64,000 nt of DNA from an uncultured delta proteobacterium (GTDB taxonomy: Bacteria; Myxococcota_A; Polyangia; Fen-1088): assembly GCA_963767925.1 (NCBI GenBank), contig CAVYGB010000002.1, forward strand, positions 480,001 through 544,000, written 5' to 3'. Below, piece by piece: positions 42,973-53,498 of this stretch. Every line of letters begins with the position of its first letter. Within the stretch, counting starts at the first letter, position 1. Made by a program: the position numbers and the translations under genes. Under the pieces are notes generated by a model, which ran no database searches, was not told the DNA's origin, and was given only the letters and a program-made list of their open reading frames with translations.

Positions 42973-44757
42973 TTACTGTTTCTTCGTCAGCGACAACGTG
43001 ACCTTGCGGCCGACTACGTCCATCTTGGCTTCGTTGCGTTCGGGGTCGTACATGAAGCGCAGCTCGCTGCCGGCGCCTTTGCGGTTGACCTGGACGGTGA
43101 GGAGCTCGCCGGCGGGCTTGTAGGTCCCCGGCAGGACTTTGGGCCGTCCGCGGGGGAGGAGGAGGGTGACGCCGGGGGGTTGAGTGAGGAGCTGGCGGCG
43201 GGCGCCGCGGCTGCTGCCGACCAGGGGGAGGGTGAACTTGCTGGTGGGGCCGGCGGCGGCGAAGGTCAGCGTGCCCTTTTTGGGGGTGCTGATGGGGACC
43301 GGTGGCGCGGCGGCTGCTGGCGCGGCGGGCGGCGTGCCCTCCTTGCCGGCGGCGGGCGTGCCGGGGGCGTTGAGCGGGGTGGCCTCGGGGCGCGCGGTGG
43401 GAGCCGGCGGGGGTGGGGCGGCGGCGGTGGAGCCGCTGCGGCGCTGCGAGGTGATGAGGACCAGCCCGGCCACGGCGGCCACCGCCACCGCGCCCACGCC
43501 CCACACGTTGAAACGCCGGCGGGGGGCCTGCGACAGCGGGGTGGAGAGGGTCATCGGCGGGATGGTCTGGGGGCTCGAAGCGTCCGAGACGGTGGGCGTC
43601 TTCTCCGAGTCGGGCGCCTGGCGGCGGTGGCGCAGGGCCGGCAGCGGCGGCGGGCCCAGCCGGACCATGTGCGAGACCAGCGGCGAGGCCCCCTCGACCG
43701 GCTGCTCGATGGCCGGCTCGGCCGACAGGCCGTTGACGGCGGGGGTCGGCTCCTCGGCGGGGGCGTGGGCCAGCTCGGCGGCCTCGAGCTGGGTGAGCCG
43801 GGGGCCGGGGGTCTCCTCGGCCGGGGGCGCGGCGAACAGCTCGGAGGGCTCGGGCAGCGCCGGGAGATCCGAGAGCTGCAGCGAGGGACCCGAGGGGCTC
43901 TCGCTCGCGGCCGCGCCGGGCACCGGCAGGGGCGGCGGCGTCGGGGCCGGCGGGGCCGGCATCTCCTCGGCGCCGCCGAGGAGCTGGGCCGAGCCGGAAT
44001 CGGGCGGGTATGCCGTCTCGACCGCGGCGGAGTGGGGAAATGCCGAGACGATGTCCGACCGCCCGATGGCGCCGAACGGCGACTCGTCGCGGGCCTCGGG
44101 CGCCACCGCGGCGGCCCGCTGCACCTCGGGATCGCCGTCGAGATCGATCTCGGCCAGCGGCGCCGCCGCCACGTGATCCCGTCCCAGCAGCGAGACGTTG
44201 AGCTGCAGCCGGGGCACGCCGTCCTCGCTGCTCGGCTCGAGCACGACGGCGTCGAGGGTGCCTTCCTCGTTGGCCCCGCCGTTGGGGCCGAAGCTGACCC
44301 GCACCGTCGAGTTGAGGCGCAGGAACGGCAGGCGCGTCGCCAGGCGCACGCCCTCGCCCAGCACCGCGGCCTGGCAGCGGATGGGGGCGGCCATGCCCTC
44401 GAACCAGACATCGACCGGCTTGCTGTCGCGCGGGTCGGGCTCGACGACGCGGTTGAGCAACTCGGCGTCCTTCTCGTCGAGATCGAGGAACTCGATGCCG
44501 GCGCCCGGGCTCTTGTCGGGGGTGGAGGCCGAGGGCTGGCGCACCCAGGCCACCCGCCCGCGCACCGTCCGGTGCTGGCCACCGAGATCGAGCCGGCAGA
44601 TGACCTCGGTGCCCGCCTCCGGGAGATCGGTGGCGGTCACGAACACCCCGTGGGGGCTGAGGTTCTGGACCCGGGCGACCACGCTGTCGTCTCGGTCCGG
44701 CGTTTTCAAACGTATCCGAGTTTGATACGCGATCCGGTGCTGGCGGCGCAGCTGCAT
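42973..44757 (-). CDS. PilZ-domain membrane protein with Pro-rich linker and C-terminal extracytoplasmic domain
   Basis: RRQHR and NLSPHG (RxxxR, D/NxSxxG), GRVAWVR..G.GIEF, single TM. Confidence 0.85.
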   Translation of the reverse strand: MQLRRQHRIAYQTRIRLKTPDRDDSVVARVQNLSPHGVFVTATDLPEAGTEVICRLDLGGQHRTVRGRVAWVRQPSASTPDKSPGAGIEFLDLDEKDAELLNRVVEPDPRDSKPVDVWFEGMAAPIRCQAAVLGEGVRLATRLPFLRLNSTVRVSFGPNGGANEEGTLDAVVLEPSSEDGVPRLQLNVSLLGRDHVAAAPLAEIDLDGDPEVQRAAAVAPEARDESPFGAIGRSDIVSAFPHSAAVETAYPPDSGSAQLLGGAEEMPAPPAPTPPPLPVPGAAASESPSGPSLQLSDLPALPEPSELFAAPPAEETPGPRLTQLEAAELAHAPAEEPTPAVNGLSAEPAIEQPVEGASPLVSHMVRLGPPPLPALRHRRQAPDSEKTPTVSDASSPQTIPPMTLSTPLSQAPRRRFNVWGVGAVAVAAVAGLVLITSQRRSGSTAAAPPPPAPTARPEATPLNAPGTPAAGKEGTPPAAPAAAAPPVPISTPKKGTLTFAAAGPTSKFTLPLVGSSRGARRQLLTQPPGVTLLLPRGRPKVLPGTYKPAGELLTVQVNRKGAGSELRFMYDPERNEAKMDVVGRKVTLSLTKKQ

Positions 44758-45026
44758 CTGGTTCCCTTTCCTCCCGGGGAATGTGGCGGGGTGAGTTTAG
44801 GCAGGGGTCTCGCCGCGACACAAGCAAGTCGGCCACTGGACGCGCCTGGCCTACGCACCCCGCAGCTCCCCTCGCACCCCACCTGCACGCCGCGGCGTCT
44901 GTAGGCAGGCGATCGGGCGCGCTCAGCGACGAAGAAACCGCGACTGACCGGAGACCGCGCGCGCTGTCTCGAGCCACGCACGCGACAAATTGGCCGCCTC
45001 TTCCGGCAACCGGCTTAACGCATTTT

Positions 45027-45404
45027 TTACCGAGAGTCCCAGGTTCGCGCGCCGGGCAGCGCGCTCAGGTCGCCCTTGGCGCGGATGACACAGAAGCGCT
45101 GCCCGGTCGGCGCTTCCATCACCCACCAGGTGTTGACCTGGGCGACTCGCCGCGCCCCCAGCGCCTCGAGGCGGCTGGCCTCCGCCTCGACGTCGTCGGC
45201 CTCGATGTCGACGTGCACGCGGCTGGGGTGGGTCACGGCCTGCACCTCGATGGCGAGGTCCCGGCTCGATCCGTCGAGGCGGATGTAGCTGCCCTCTTTC
45301 TCGAGCGGCTCCATCCCCAGGGCGGCGCTCCAGAAGGAGGCCGCGCCCGGGAGGTCGGTGGTGTTGCAGTCGAGGATGAACCCGGCCAGCCGGCTACGGT
45401 GCAT
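45027..45404 (-). CDS. VOC/glyoxalase family protein
   Basis: MHRSRLAGFILDC, RVHVDIE and WWVMEAPTGQRFCV. Confidence 0.9.
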   Translation of the reverse strand: MHRSRLAGFILDCNTTDLPGAASFWSAALGMEPLEKEGSYIRLDGSSRDLAIEVQAVTHPSRVHVDIEADDVEAEASRLEALGARRVAQVNTWWVMEAPTGQRFCVIRAKGDLSALPGARTWDSR

Positions 45405-45468
45405 GGTGCCGGCAATATGGCCACCGCGGCGGGAGATGTCACCCCGCCGTCGGTGGCACAATAGGTTC

Positions 45469-46296
45469 ATGGACGAGGAGCGGGCGCTGGTCGCCCCCGC
45501 CAGCTCGCAGCTCATCGACCGGGCTGGCGTCGAGGTGGAACGTTCCCTCGGCTCCCGCGCAGGACGTTACGTCGTGCTCGTGACTGCCGGTGTCGCGGTG
45601 GCGACGGTGGCGGGTGCGCTCGGCGGGACGCCGCTGGGGGCGGCGACCCTGCTGGTCACCCTGGTGGGGCCGCCGCTGGTGTTCCTCGCCCGGCGGGTGC
45701 TGCGGTTCGTGCGGGCGGGCTTCGCCGCCACCGGCGCCTTTCGCCTGGCCAAACACCGCCTGCGGGCCAGCTTCGACGGCCTGGCCGAGGGGCAGTGGGT
45801 GCGCGTGCGCGGCCAGGTGCTGCCCGGCCCCACCTTCACCAGCGCGGGGGGCCAGGCCCAGGCGGTGCTGGCCTGTTACGTGGGGACGCTGGGGGGCCTG
45901 CGGGCCTCGATCGACGCCGCCCAGCGCTGGGAGCTGCACGGCCTGGACTTCTCGCTGGCCGTCCCCGGCGGCGAGCGGGTGCTGATCAAGGTGGCGGGCG
46001 CGCGCTTCCTCGATCGGCTCTCGGTGGTGCCCGACGAGTGGTTCGACCGGCGCCCGCTGGCCTCGCGCAACACCGACCGCCGGGGCGTGGAGGTGGCCGC
46101 GGTCTACGGGGAGGACGTGGTGATGGTGGGCGAGGAGATCGAGGTGCTGGGGTTCCTGCGGCGGGAGGTCGACCCGCGCAGCGAGTCCGGCTTCCGGGGC
46201 GCCCGCCCGATCCCCGTCCTGCGCGCCCGCCCCCCCTGGGCCCTCCTGATCCGCCGCCCACCTCCCGAGCTCCCCCCCGTGCGGGACCCGGCCTGA
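45469..46296 (+). CDS. Hypothetical membrane protein (two N-terminal TMs and a beta-rich domain)
   Basis: Coding-like composition; WVRVRGQV and GEEIEVLG. Confidence 0.65.
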   Translation: MDEERALVAPASSQLIDRAGVEVERSLGSRAGRYVVLVTAGVAVATVAGALGGTPLGAATLLVTLVGPPLVFLARRVLRFVRAGFAATGAFRLAKHRLRASFDGLAEGQWVRVRGQVLPGPTFTSAGGQAQAVLACYVGTLGGLRASIDAAQRWELHGLDFSLAVPGGERVLIKVAGARFLDRLSVVPDEWFDRRPLASRNTDRRGVEVAAVYGEDVVMVGEEIEVLGFLRREVDPRSESGFRGARPIPVLRARPPWALLIRRPPPELPPVRDPA

Positions 46297-46393
46297 CCCG
46301 CACGAGCAGCCCTTTCCCCGCCGAGCCCGTCTGCCCCGATCGTTCCCGTCCCCGCTCCCGTTCCCGGACCCGTCCTCCGTACCGGCAACCTGC

Positions 46394-47668
46394 CTACGCC
46401 GCCGCCGCCGCCGGGCGGGGCTCGTCGACCAGGGGGACGGTGGGGTCGATGCGGGTGAAGACCACCGCCGAGATGGCCGTCATCGCCGCCAGGGGGATGA
46501 GCGCCAGGCTGTAGTGGCCGTCGAGCGCCTTGACCAGGTAGCCGAACACCACCGCCGAGACGAACGAGCCGAGCTGACCGGCCATGTTCATGGCGCCCGA
46601 GATCGACCCCGCCGAGCGGCGGCCGAGATCGAGGCTCATCGCCCAGGCCACCGGTAAAAAACAGTCCATCGAGAACGCGCCCAGGCAGAGGAAGATCGCC
46701 GCCGCCACGTTGTTCTCGGTGAAGGCGGCCGCGAACAGGAAGGCTGCGCCGAAGGCCAGGCCCAGCGTCCCCACCGTGCGCCGCCCGAACAGCAGGCCCC
46801 GCCGCCGCACGAGCAGATCGGAGACCATGCCCCCGGTGAAGTTGCCGATGGCGCCCATGAGGAAGGGCAGCGCCGACCACAGCTTCATGTCGTTCTCGCT
46901 GAAGCCGCGCCCCTTCTGCAGATAGGTGTGCAGCCAGCCGACATAGAAGAACGCGCCCCAGGCATAGGCGTGGTAGGTGAACAGCAGCTTCCAGAAGTTG
47001 GCCTTGCGGATCACCGCGCCCCAGGCGACGGGGCGGTGGGCGGGGGGCGGACCGGCGTCGGCCCCGCGGATGAGGGCCAGCTCGGCCGCGCTGATCCCCT
47101 TCTTGTCCTCGGGGCGGTCGCGGTACCAGAGGTACCAGACCAGGCACCAGATCACGCCGATGGCCCCGAAGATGTAAAAGCTCGTGCGCCAGCCCCAGCG
47201 CTGCTGGATCGGGACCACGAGCAGGGCCGAGAACATCCCTCCCAGGCGGCTGGCCATCCAGACCACGCCCTGGGCGCGGCTGCGCTCGTGGGCCGGGAAC
47301 CAGCGGGAGATGGCCGAGGTGGCCCCCGGGAAGGCGCCCGCCTCCCCCGCCCCGAACAGGAAGCGCACCAGCAGCAGCAGCCCAAGCGACGACACCAGCC
47401 CGGTGGCGTAGGTGAAGACCGACCAGAACAGGACGATCCGGGTCAAGGTGACCCGCGCCCCCCAGCGGTCGGCCATCATGCCGCCCGGGATCTCGAACAG
47501 CGCGTACCCCAGGGTGAAGGCGCCGATCACCCAGCCCCACTGGTGGGGCGCGATCCCCAGCTCGTTCTGCATGCGGGGTCCCGCCACGCTGATGCAGACC
47601 CGGTCGAGGTAGGTCACGACCGAGAGGAAAAACAGGAGGGCGAGCGTCCGATGCCGGTACCCCAACAC
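46394..47668 (-). CDS. MFS transporter, anion:cation symporter-like (sugar acid)
   Basis: YLDRVCISVA, EIPGG..ADRWG, RFLFGAGEAG.FP and G.MNMAG. Confidence 0.92.
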   Translation of the reverse strand: MLGYRHRTLALLFFLSVVTYLDRVCISVAGPRMQNELGIAPHQWGWVIGAFTLGYALFEIPGGMMADRWGARVTLTRIVLFWSVFTYATGLVSSLGLLLLVRFLFGAGEAGAFPGATSAISRWFPAHERSRAQGVVWMASRLGGMFSALLVVPIQQRWGWRTSFYIFGAIGVIWCLVWYLWYRDRPEDKKGISAAELALIRGADAGPPPAHRPVAWGAVIRKANFWKLLFTYHAYAWGAFFYVGWLHTYLQKGRGFSENDMKLWSALPFLMGAIGNFTGGMVSDLLVRRRGLLFGRRTVGTLGLAFGAAFLFAAAFTENNVAAAIFLCLGAFSMDCFLPVAWAMSLDLGRRSAGSISGAMNMAGQLGSFVSAVVFGYLVKALDGHYSLALIPLAAMTAISAVVFTRIDPTVPLVDEPRPAAAAA

Positions 47669-47738
47669 GCCCCGACACTACCCCCATCGCCCGACCGGCT
47701 ACCACCCCTAGTCCTCACGGACGGTTCGAGCCGCGCCG

Positions 47739-48063
47739 CCGGAGGCCCCTCACCCCTTCCCTCTCCTTGCGCCGCGGGGCGAGGGCGAACATTTCAGCCA
47801 GGTGCCGCGAGCATCTTCGCGAGCGGGCGCCCGTCGCAAATTCTCCCGCGATTTCCCTCACCCGGGCCCATTCGCCAAGGTGCTCGACGGCGGAGTCACC
47901 GAAATTTCCGCGCCCCGTTGCCCGTTCGCCCCCGCCCCGCGGCAGCGGGGAGAGTCCTCGTGACGCCGGAGACGGCCTCACCCCACTGACGGAAATGGTG
48001 AGATCACTGATCTCGAGCGGTTGCGGCCCTTTTCCATAGCAGGGAGGGGTGAGGGGGCTCCGG
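47739..48063. repeat. Family 1 element, composite copy with an 86-bp segment inside the right arm
   Basis: Left arm at 47739-47790; right arm split by 47955-48040. Confidence 0.85.
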
Positions 48064-48118
48064 GCAAAGGTGGGCGTTCGGGTTGCGTCACCCGAAGCCG
48101 CCCGCGGCGGGATGCCGC

Positions 48119-48625
48119 TCAGGGCTTCTTGGCCGCCGGGGTCTGCGCGGTGGCGGGCGCGGGTGGGGAGGCGGGCGCGGCGGCGGTGGGCGCCAGGGGG
48201 CGGGTGGCGTGGCGGGCGAGCATTTGCCAGCCGGCGGGCGTCCTGGTCCAGACGGTGAGGTAGACGAGGTTGACGACGTTGACCTTGTCGTCGTTCCGCT
48301 GCCGCATCTCCATCTTGCCGGTCAGCACCGCGGTGGAGCCGTGCACCTTCACGGTGCTGTCGGTCAGGTCGATTCCCTCGTAGGTGACCTTGTTGGTCAA
48401 CACGTGCTCGATGGCCTGGGCCTTCGTCTCGAGCAGCCCGCTCGAGTGACCGTAGGTGAGCCCCGGGTGGTAGACCTTCTCGAACAGCCCCTTGTCCTTC
48501 TTCATGGTGGCCTGGCGCCAGGTGTCCATGGCACCCAGCACCGCTGTCTCGGTCGGGCTGGCCGCCAGGGCCGGCGCGCCCGCCAGCGTGCACACACCGA
48601 GAACGACGAGATGAAATCCGCGCAT
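48119..48625 (-). CDS. Secreted NTF2-like/DUF4440 protein
   Basis: Signal peptide; LTYGHSSG..ETK, TAVLTG and VW.....GWQM. Confidence 0.85.
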   Translation of the reverse strand: MRGFHLVVLGVCTLAGAPALAASPTETAVLGAMDTWRQATMKKDKGLFEKVYHPGLTYGHSSGLLETKAQAIEHVLTNKVTYEGIDLTDSTVKVHGSTAVLTGKMEMRQRNDDKVNVVNLVYLTVWTRTPAGWQMLARHATRPLAPTAAAPASPPAPATAQTPAAKKP

Positions 48626-48842
48626 GAGAGCTCCTCTTTCCCCCCGGGCCGGCCTGACCGACCCGGGGCCCCGTTGCCGGCCGCCCGGCCGTCGTCCGAC
48701 GCGCCAGCGGCCAATCGCGCCCGAGCCTAGACGTAAACCCCGACCCGCGCAGCGAGATTCGCCGGCCCACGGGCAGGCGCGTCCGGGCCGGCGCCCCCTC
48801 GATCCCGTAGTCAGCCGGGCCGGGCGGCGCTAGATTGCCGGC

Positions 48843-51092
48843 GTGACGGTCGAGGCGGAGGCACGTGGCGAGCACGACCTGGGGGGGCTCGGTTACGAGA
48901 ACCAGGGGCAACTGCTGCGCGACGTGGTCGCCGGCGCGCCGCTGCCGCGCATCCTCGAGAGCCTGGTCCGGGCCATCGAGGGCAGGGCGCCCGGGCTGCT
49001 CGCTTCGATCCTCCTGATGGAGAGGGGCCGGCTCCGGCTGGGGGCCGCCCCCAGCTTGCCCGAGGGGTACAACCGCGCCGCCGACGACCACCCGATCGGC
49101 GAGGGCTTCGGCTCCTGCGGGACCGCCGCCCACCGGCGCCAGCTCGTCGTCGTCGAGGCCATCGACAGCGATCCCCTGTGGAAGAACTACCGGGAGATCG
49201 CCCGCCGCTACCACCTGGGCGCCTGCTGGTCGATGCCGATCCTCAACGCCCGGGACGAGGTGCTCGGGACCTTCGCCCTCTACCACCAGGAGCCGCGCCG
49301 CCCCTCGCCCGAGGAGCTGGCCCTCATCCGCCACTTCTCCGAGCTGACCGCCTTCGCCATCGAGCACCACCGGCTGCGCGGCGCCCTGCAGGACCGCGAC
49401 CAGCGGCTCCGCGAGCTGCTGGCGGATCTCGACGGGCTGGCCTGGGAGCCCGCGGGCGAGGGCCGTTGCTTCGCGCAGGTCAGGCAGGGCGCTGCGCGCG
49501 TGCTGGGCCAGGTCGCCGAGCGCTGGCAGCGCGAGCCCGGCCTCTGGGCCAGCCTGCTGCACCCCGAGGACCGGGAGACGACCTTGCGCCGCCACCAGCA
49601 GGCGGTGGCCGATCCCGAGGAAGGGGAGCTGACCTACCGCCTGCTGGGCGCCGACGGCCAGGTGGTCTGGGTGCGCGACGTCCTGCACGTGCGCACCGAC
49701 CCGGCCAGCGGGGCCCGGGAGCTGCGGGGCGTGATGGTGGACGTCACACGCCAGCGCGAGGCCGAGCAGGAGCGCGAGGACCTGCTGCGCCGCCAGCGCG
49801 ATCCGGCGGCGCTCGAGCGCCAGCGGGTCGAGGGGTCGCTGCGCCTGCTGGCCGACGCGGGGGCCGAGCTGGGGACCTTGCTCGAGCCGGAGAGCACCGC
49901 CCGCAGCGTGGCGGCGCTGGCCACCCGGGAGCTGGCCGACTGGTGCCTCATGGTCACCCGCGAGGGCGAGGGAATCCGCGCCGCCGCGTTCGCCCACCGG
50001 GATCCCGGCAAGGCCGCCCTCGGCGCCGAGCTGGAGCGCCTGCTGCCCGAGCCGGGCGGGGCCCCCTTCGGCGTCGCCGGTGTCCTGGCGGGCGGCGAGC
50101 GGGAGCTCCTGCCCGAGATCTCCGCCGAGGCCTTCGGCCCGGGCGCGGCCCGGCCCGAGCTGATGCGCCTGATGCGGGGCCTGGGGGCCGAGTCGGCGAT
50201 GACCGTGCCGCTGCAGGCCCGCCACCAGGTGCTGGGCGCCATCCTCTACGTCTCGGCCTCCCCGCAACACCGCTACGGCGAGCGCGACCTGCTGGTGGCC
50301 GAGGAGCTGGGGCGGCGGGCGGCCCTGGCCCTGGCCAACGCGCGCCTGTACCACGAGGCCCAGGCGGCCATCCGCCAGCGCGAGGAGTTCCTCTCCATCG
50401 CTGCCCACGAGCTGCGCACGCCGCTCGCCACCTTGCAGCTCGCCACCCAGAGCATCCTGCTGGTGCTCGACAGCAGCCCCCTCAGCGTCGATTTCCTGCG
50501 GGCGCGGGCGCTGGCCGGCGAGCGCCAGACCCTGCGGCTGAGCCGCCTGATCAACGACCTGCTCGACGTGTCGGCGATGAAGGCCGGCCAGATGCGGATC
50601 CAGCGGGAGAACATGGACCTGGTGGCGGCGGTGCAGGCGGTGCTCAACCGGATGCACCACGACCTGACCCGCAAGGGCATCGACGTGACGGTCCACGCCC
50701 CCGGCGCCGCGATGGGGCGCTGGGACCCCGACCGCCTCGAGCAGATCATCACCAACCTGCTCACCAATGCGGTCAAATACGGCGAACGGCGCCCGGTGCA
50801 GGTGTCCGCCCTGGCCGAGGGCGAGTGGGCCCGGCTCGAGGTGGCCGACCAGGGGATCGGCATGAGCGCCGAGGTGCGGGGCCGCCTGTTCCAGGCCTTC
50901 GAGCGGGGGATCTCGGCGACCCACTACGGCGGCCTGGGCCTGGGCCTGTACATCACCGCCCAGATCGTGCGCGCGCACGGGGGGACCATCTCGGTGCGCA
51001 GCACGCCGGAGGAGGGATCGACCTTCACGGTCGAGCTGCCGCGGGGCCTGTCACAACGGGGAGGCCATGAGCACGATCCTCATCGTGGATGA
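48843..51092 (+). CDS. Cytoplasmic sensor histidine kinase (GAF-PAS-GAF-HisKA-HATPase)
   Basis: GSCGTAA and [39 protein letters not shown] and GLGLGL. Confidence 0.93.
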   Translation: MTVEAEARGEHDLGGLGYENQGQLLRDVVAGAPLPRILESLVRAIEGRAPGLLASILLMERGRLRLGAAPSLPEGYNRAADDHPIGEGFGSCGTAAHRRQLVVVEAIDSDPLWKNYREIARRYHLGACWSMPILNARDEVLGTFALYHQEPRRPSPEELALIRHFSELTAFAIEHHRLRGALQDRDQRLRELLADLDGLAWEPAGEGRCFAQVRQGAARVLGQVAERWQREPGLWASLLHPEDRETTLRRHQQAVADPEEGELTYRLLGADGQVVWVRDVLHVRTDPASGARELRGVMVDVTRQREAEQEREDLLRRQRDPAALERQRVEGSLRLLADAGAELGTLLEPESTARSVAALATRELADWCLMVTREGEGIRAAAFAHRDPGKAALGAELERLLPEPGGAPFGVAGVLAGGERELLPEISAEAFGPGAARPELMRLMRGLGAESAMTVPLQARHQVLGAILYVSASPQHRYGERDLLVAEELGRRAALALANARLYHEAQAAIRQREEFLSIAAHELRTPLATLQLATQSILLVLDSSPLSVDFLRARALAGERQTLRLSRLINDLLDVSAMKAGQMRIQRENMDLVAAVQAVLNRMHHDLTRKGIDVTVHAPGAAMGRWDPDRLEQIITNLLTNAVKYGERRPVQVSALAEGEWARLEVADQGIGMSAEVRGRLFQAFERGISATHYGGLGLGLYITAQIVRAHGGTISVRSTPEEGSTFTVELPRGLSQRGGHEHDPHRG

Positions 51093-51420
51093 CGACGAGG
51101 ACTTCCACGAGGCGCTCGAGGCGGCCATCGCGAGCCAGGGGTTCGCGGTCCGGCACGCGGCGAACGGGCGGGAGGCCCTGCGCAGCCTGGCCCCCGGGCA
51201 GCCCCGCCCCGACGCCATCCTGATCGATCTGATGATGCCCCAGATGGACGGCTGGGAGCTCCTGCAGGCCATCGCCCAGGACCCCGCGCTGGTGGCGATC
51301 CCGGCGGCGGTGCTGAGCGCGGCCCCCGATCCGGGCGCGCTGCCCCCCGGGGTGACCCTGCTGCCCAAACCCTGCGACCTGCACGAGCTGCTCCGCTTCC
51401 TGCGCGCCGCCGGCGGGTGA
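51067..51420 (+). CDS. Single-domain response regulator
   Basis: [17 protein letters not shown] and KP; GGAGG RBS. Confidence 0.92.
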   Translation: MSTILIVDDDEDFHEALEAAIASQGFAVRHAANGREALRSLAPGQPRPDAILIDLMMPQMDGWELLQAIAQDPALVAIPAAVLSAAPDPGALPPGVTLLPKPCDLHELLRFLRAAGG

Positions 51421-51464
51421 ACGCCGCCGGCCGGTGCGCGCCGCCGGCCGGTGCGCGCGGATGC

Positions 51465-51905
51465 TCAGGGGGCCCGGGCGGGCGCGGGCCCGGGGGCGCC
51501 AGCCACGAGGGAGGTGGTGCAGGAGCGGCAGCGGCGGGCCGCCTCGGGGATGGTCTCCAGGCACTCCGGGCAGGTCTTGGTGGCGGGCGGCCTGGGCGGC
51601 GCCTCCTTGCGGTTGAACAGGCCGAGGAACTTCACCAGCACGAAGAACAGCACCGCCGCCACGATGACGAAGTCGATGATCGACGCCAGCAGGTGCCCCA
51701 CCTTGAGCTGCATCCCGGCGATGGGCTCGAACACCACGTCCCGCCAGCCGCCCGCGGGGAGCAGCAGCGAGATCACCGGCATGACCAGATCCTCGACGAA
51801 GGCGGTGGTGATCTTGCCGAAGGCGGCGCCGATGATCACGCCGACCGCCAGGTCGACGACATTCCCGCGGAACACGAACTGCCGGAACTCGTTCCTCAGC
51901 GACAT
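51465..51905 (-). CDS. mscL: Large-conductance mechanosensitive channel with C-terminal CxxC...CxxC
   Basis: EFRQFVFRGNVVDLAVGVIIGAAFGKI; CPECLETIPEAARRCRSC. Confidence 0.93.
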   Translation of the reverse strand: MSLRNEFRQFVFRGNVVDLAVGVIIGAAFGKITTAFVEDLVMPVISLLLPAGGWRDVVFEPIAGMQLKVGHLLASIIDFVIVAAVLFFVLVKFLGLFNRKEAPPRPPATKTCPECLETIPEAARRCRSCTTSLVAGAPGPAPARAP

Positions 51906-51953
51906 CAATCTTCCTTACACCCGCCCGCCACCGCCCGGCAAATCCGCCCCGCT

Positions 51954-53063
51954 TCAGTCGACGACGATGGGGGCAAAGCCGCGCACGACGATGGTGCGAT
52001 CGGCCGACTGCCCCCAGGTGGAGAAGAAGAAGTCGCCGGTGGCGGGATCGCGGTAGGCGCCCTCGGCCCCCTGCAGGCCCACGATGAAGGGGCGGCGGGT
52101 GGCCAGGCGGGGGTCGCCCCGCTCGTCGACCTCGTAGGTGGTGATCTGGTCGGCGCTCCACTCGGACACGAGCAGCGAATGGGCCGGGAACAGCGGGCTG
52201 CCGGCGGCGACGTAGACGAACCCCTCGGGCCCGCCGGGCAGGGTCAGCACGTGGGTGGCGGCGGGGACGTCGAAGGTCCCCTGACCGTCGGGCTGCAGGG
52301 TCACGGTGTACCACTGCCCGACCGACCAGGAGACCAGCTTGAGCGCGTCGCCGGGGGCCACGCTGGCGGGCACGAAGTTCAGGCTGGCCGAGGCGTGGGC
52401 CACCCCGAGGGCCGACAGATCGATCACCTTGTCGGCCAGGGCGCTGCCCGGGCGGGTCTGCTGGAGGGCGTTGCTCGGCCAGCGCGACAGCAGCAGCGTG
52501 CCGTTGGGGGCGAAGGCGACGCCGCCGTCGTTGTAGGGCGCCTCGGCGTGGACGGTGGCGGGGCCGGCGAAGCCGTTGACGTGGCCGGTGGCGTCGCGGG
52601 TGACCGGGACGGCGTAGAGCTTGCCGGTGGCGAGGTTGGCGTCCCCGCCGATGAGCAGGGTCGAGCTGCAGCGCTCGGGGGTGAGGGTGAGGCCCCCGTA
52701 TTTCTGGGGCGGGACCCCGGGCACCGGCCCGAGGTCGTGGCAGGTGTATTTGCCGGCGTAGAAGGGATCGACGGTCACGCCGAGCTCGGCGCAGCTCCGG
52801 GTGGTGGTGGCCGCCGCGCCGGCGGGCGGGCAGGCGGGCATCGCGATCGGGGGGGCGGGCCCGCTGGGCGCGGCGGGCGGCAGCACGAACCCGGCATCCG
52901 GCGCGGGCGGCGGCGCGGGCGCGGCGGCGCTGGCCGCGGGTGGCGCCGGCGCGGGGTCCACCGTCGTCAGCAGCTTGGGCCTGGCGCAGGCCACGGCCCC
53001 GCCCAGCAGAAGGAGCAACCCGACCGCCACCCGGCCGCGCGAGCGCGCATGCGTGTTCGTCAT
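51954..53063 (-). CDS. Lipoprotein with Pro-rich linker and beta-propeller-like domain
   Basis: Lipobox AVAC; GGPEGFVYV and GAEGA..DP.TGDFFFST. Confidence 0.75.
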   Translation of the reverse strand: MTNTHARSRGRVAVGLLLLLGGAVACARPKLLTTVDPAPAPPAASAAAPAPPPAPDAGFVLPPAAPSGPAPPIAMPACPPAGAAATTTRSCAELGVTVDPFYAGKYTCHDLGPVPGVPPQKYGGLTLTPERCSSTLLIGGDANLATGKLYAVPVTRDATGHVNGFAGPATVHAEAPYNDGGVAFAPNGTLLLSRWPSNALQQTRPGSALADKVIDLSALGVAHASASLNFVPASVAPGDALKLVSWSVGQWYTVTLQPDGQGTFDVPAATHVLTLPGGPEGFVYVAAGSPLFPAHSLLVSEWSADQITTYEVDERGDPRLATRRPFIVGLQGAEGAYRDPATGDFFFSTWGQSADRTIVVRGFAPIVVD

Positions 53064-53199
53064 GTCCCGCCTCCGGCGCCACTATAACAACCAGCGCCCA
53101 CCCCGATCGCCGACCCGCCCCGACGAGAAAGTTCCCGGCTTCGCGCGCGCGTCCCGCCCCGATCGCAATCACCTCTGCCCGCTGATCGACCCGGGAGCG

Positions 53200-53479
53200 C
53201 CGGAGGACCCCTCACCCCTCCCTCTCCCCGCTGCCGCGGGGCGAGGGCGAACAATCGGCCACCTGCCTCGATCATCTTCCCGAGCGGAAGATCTGCGGCC
53301 CCTTCGTACCGGGCATCCTCTCCCCGCTGCCGCGCGCCGAGGGCGAACAATCGGCCACCTGCCTCGATCATCTTCCCGAGCGGAAGATCTGCGGCCCCTT
53401 CGTACCGGGCATCCCGGGTTCCGCTGTCCGTTCGCCCTCGCCCCGCGGAGCGGGGAGAGGGAGGGGTGAGGGGGCTCCG
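53200..53479. repeat. Family 1 element, full copy with an internal 96-bp tandem duplication
   Basis: Units start at 53221 and 53317; lies just after the tfuA stop. Confidence 0.85.
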
Positions 53480-53498
53480 CTCGAACCGTTCGGTGTGG

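Noticed and set aside
41810..50978. Very long opposite-strand or alternative-frame ORFs (e.g. 41810-44977, 47715-50978)
   Set aside because: Arg/Pro/Gly-rich shadow ORFs of real genes, expected at this GC content
53064..53498. Short ORFs as RiPP precursors for YcaO-TfuA
   Set aside because: They are translations of the family 1 repeat and its duplication
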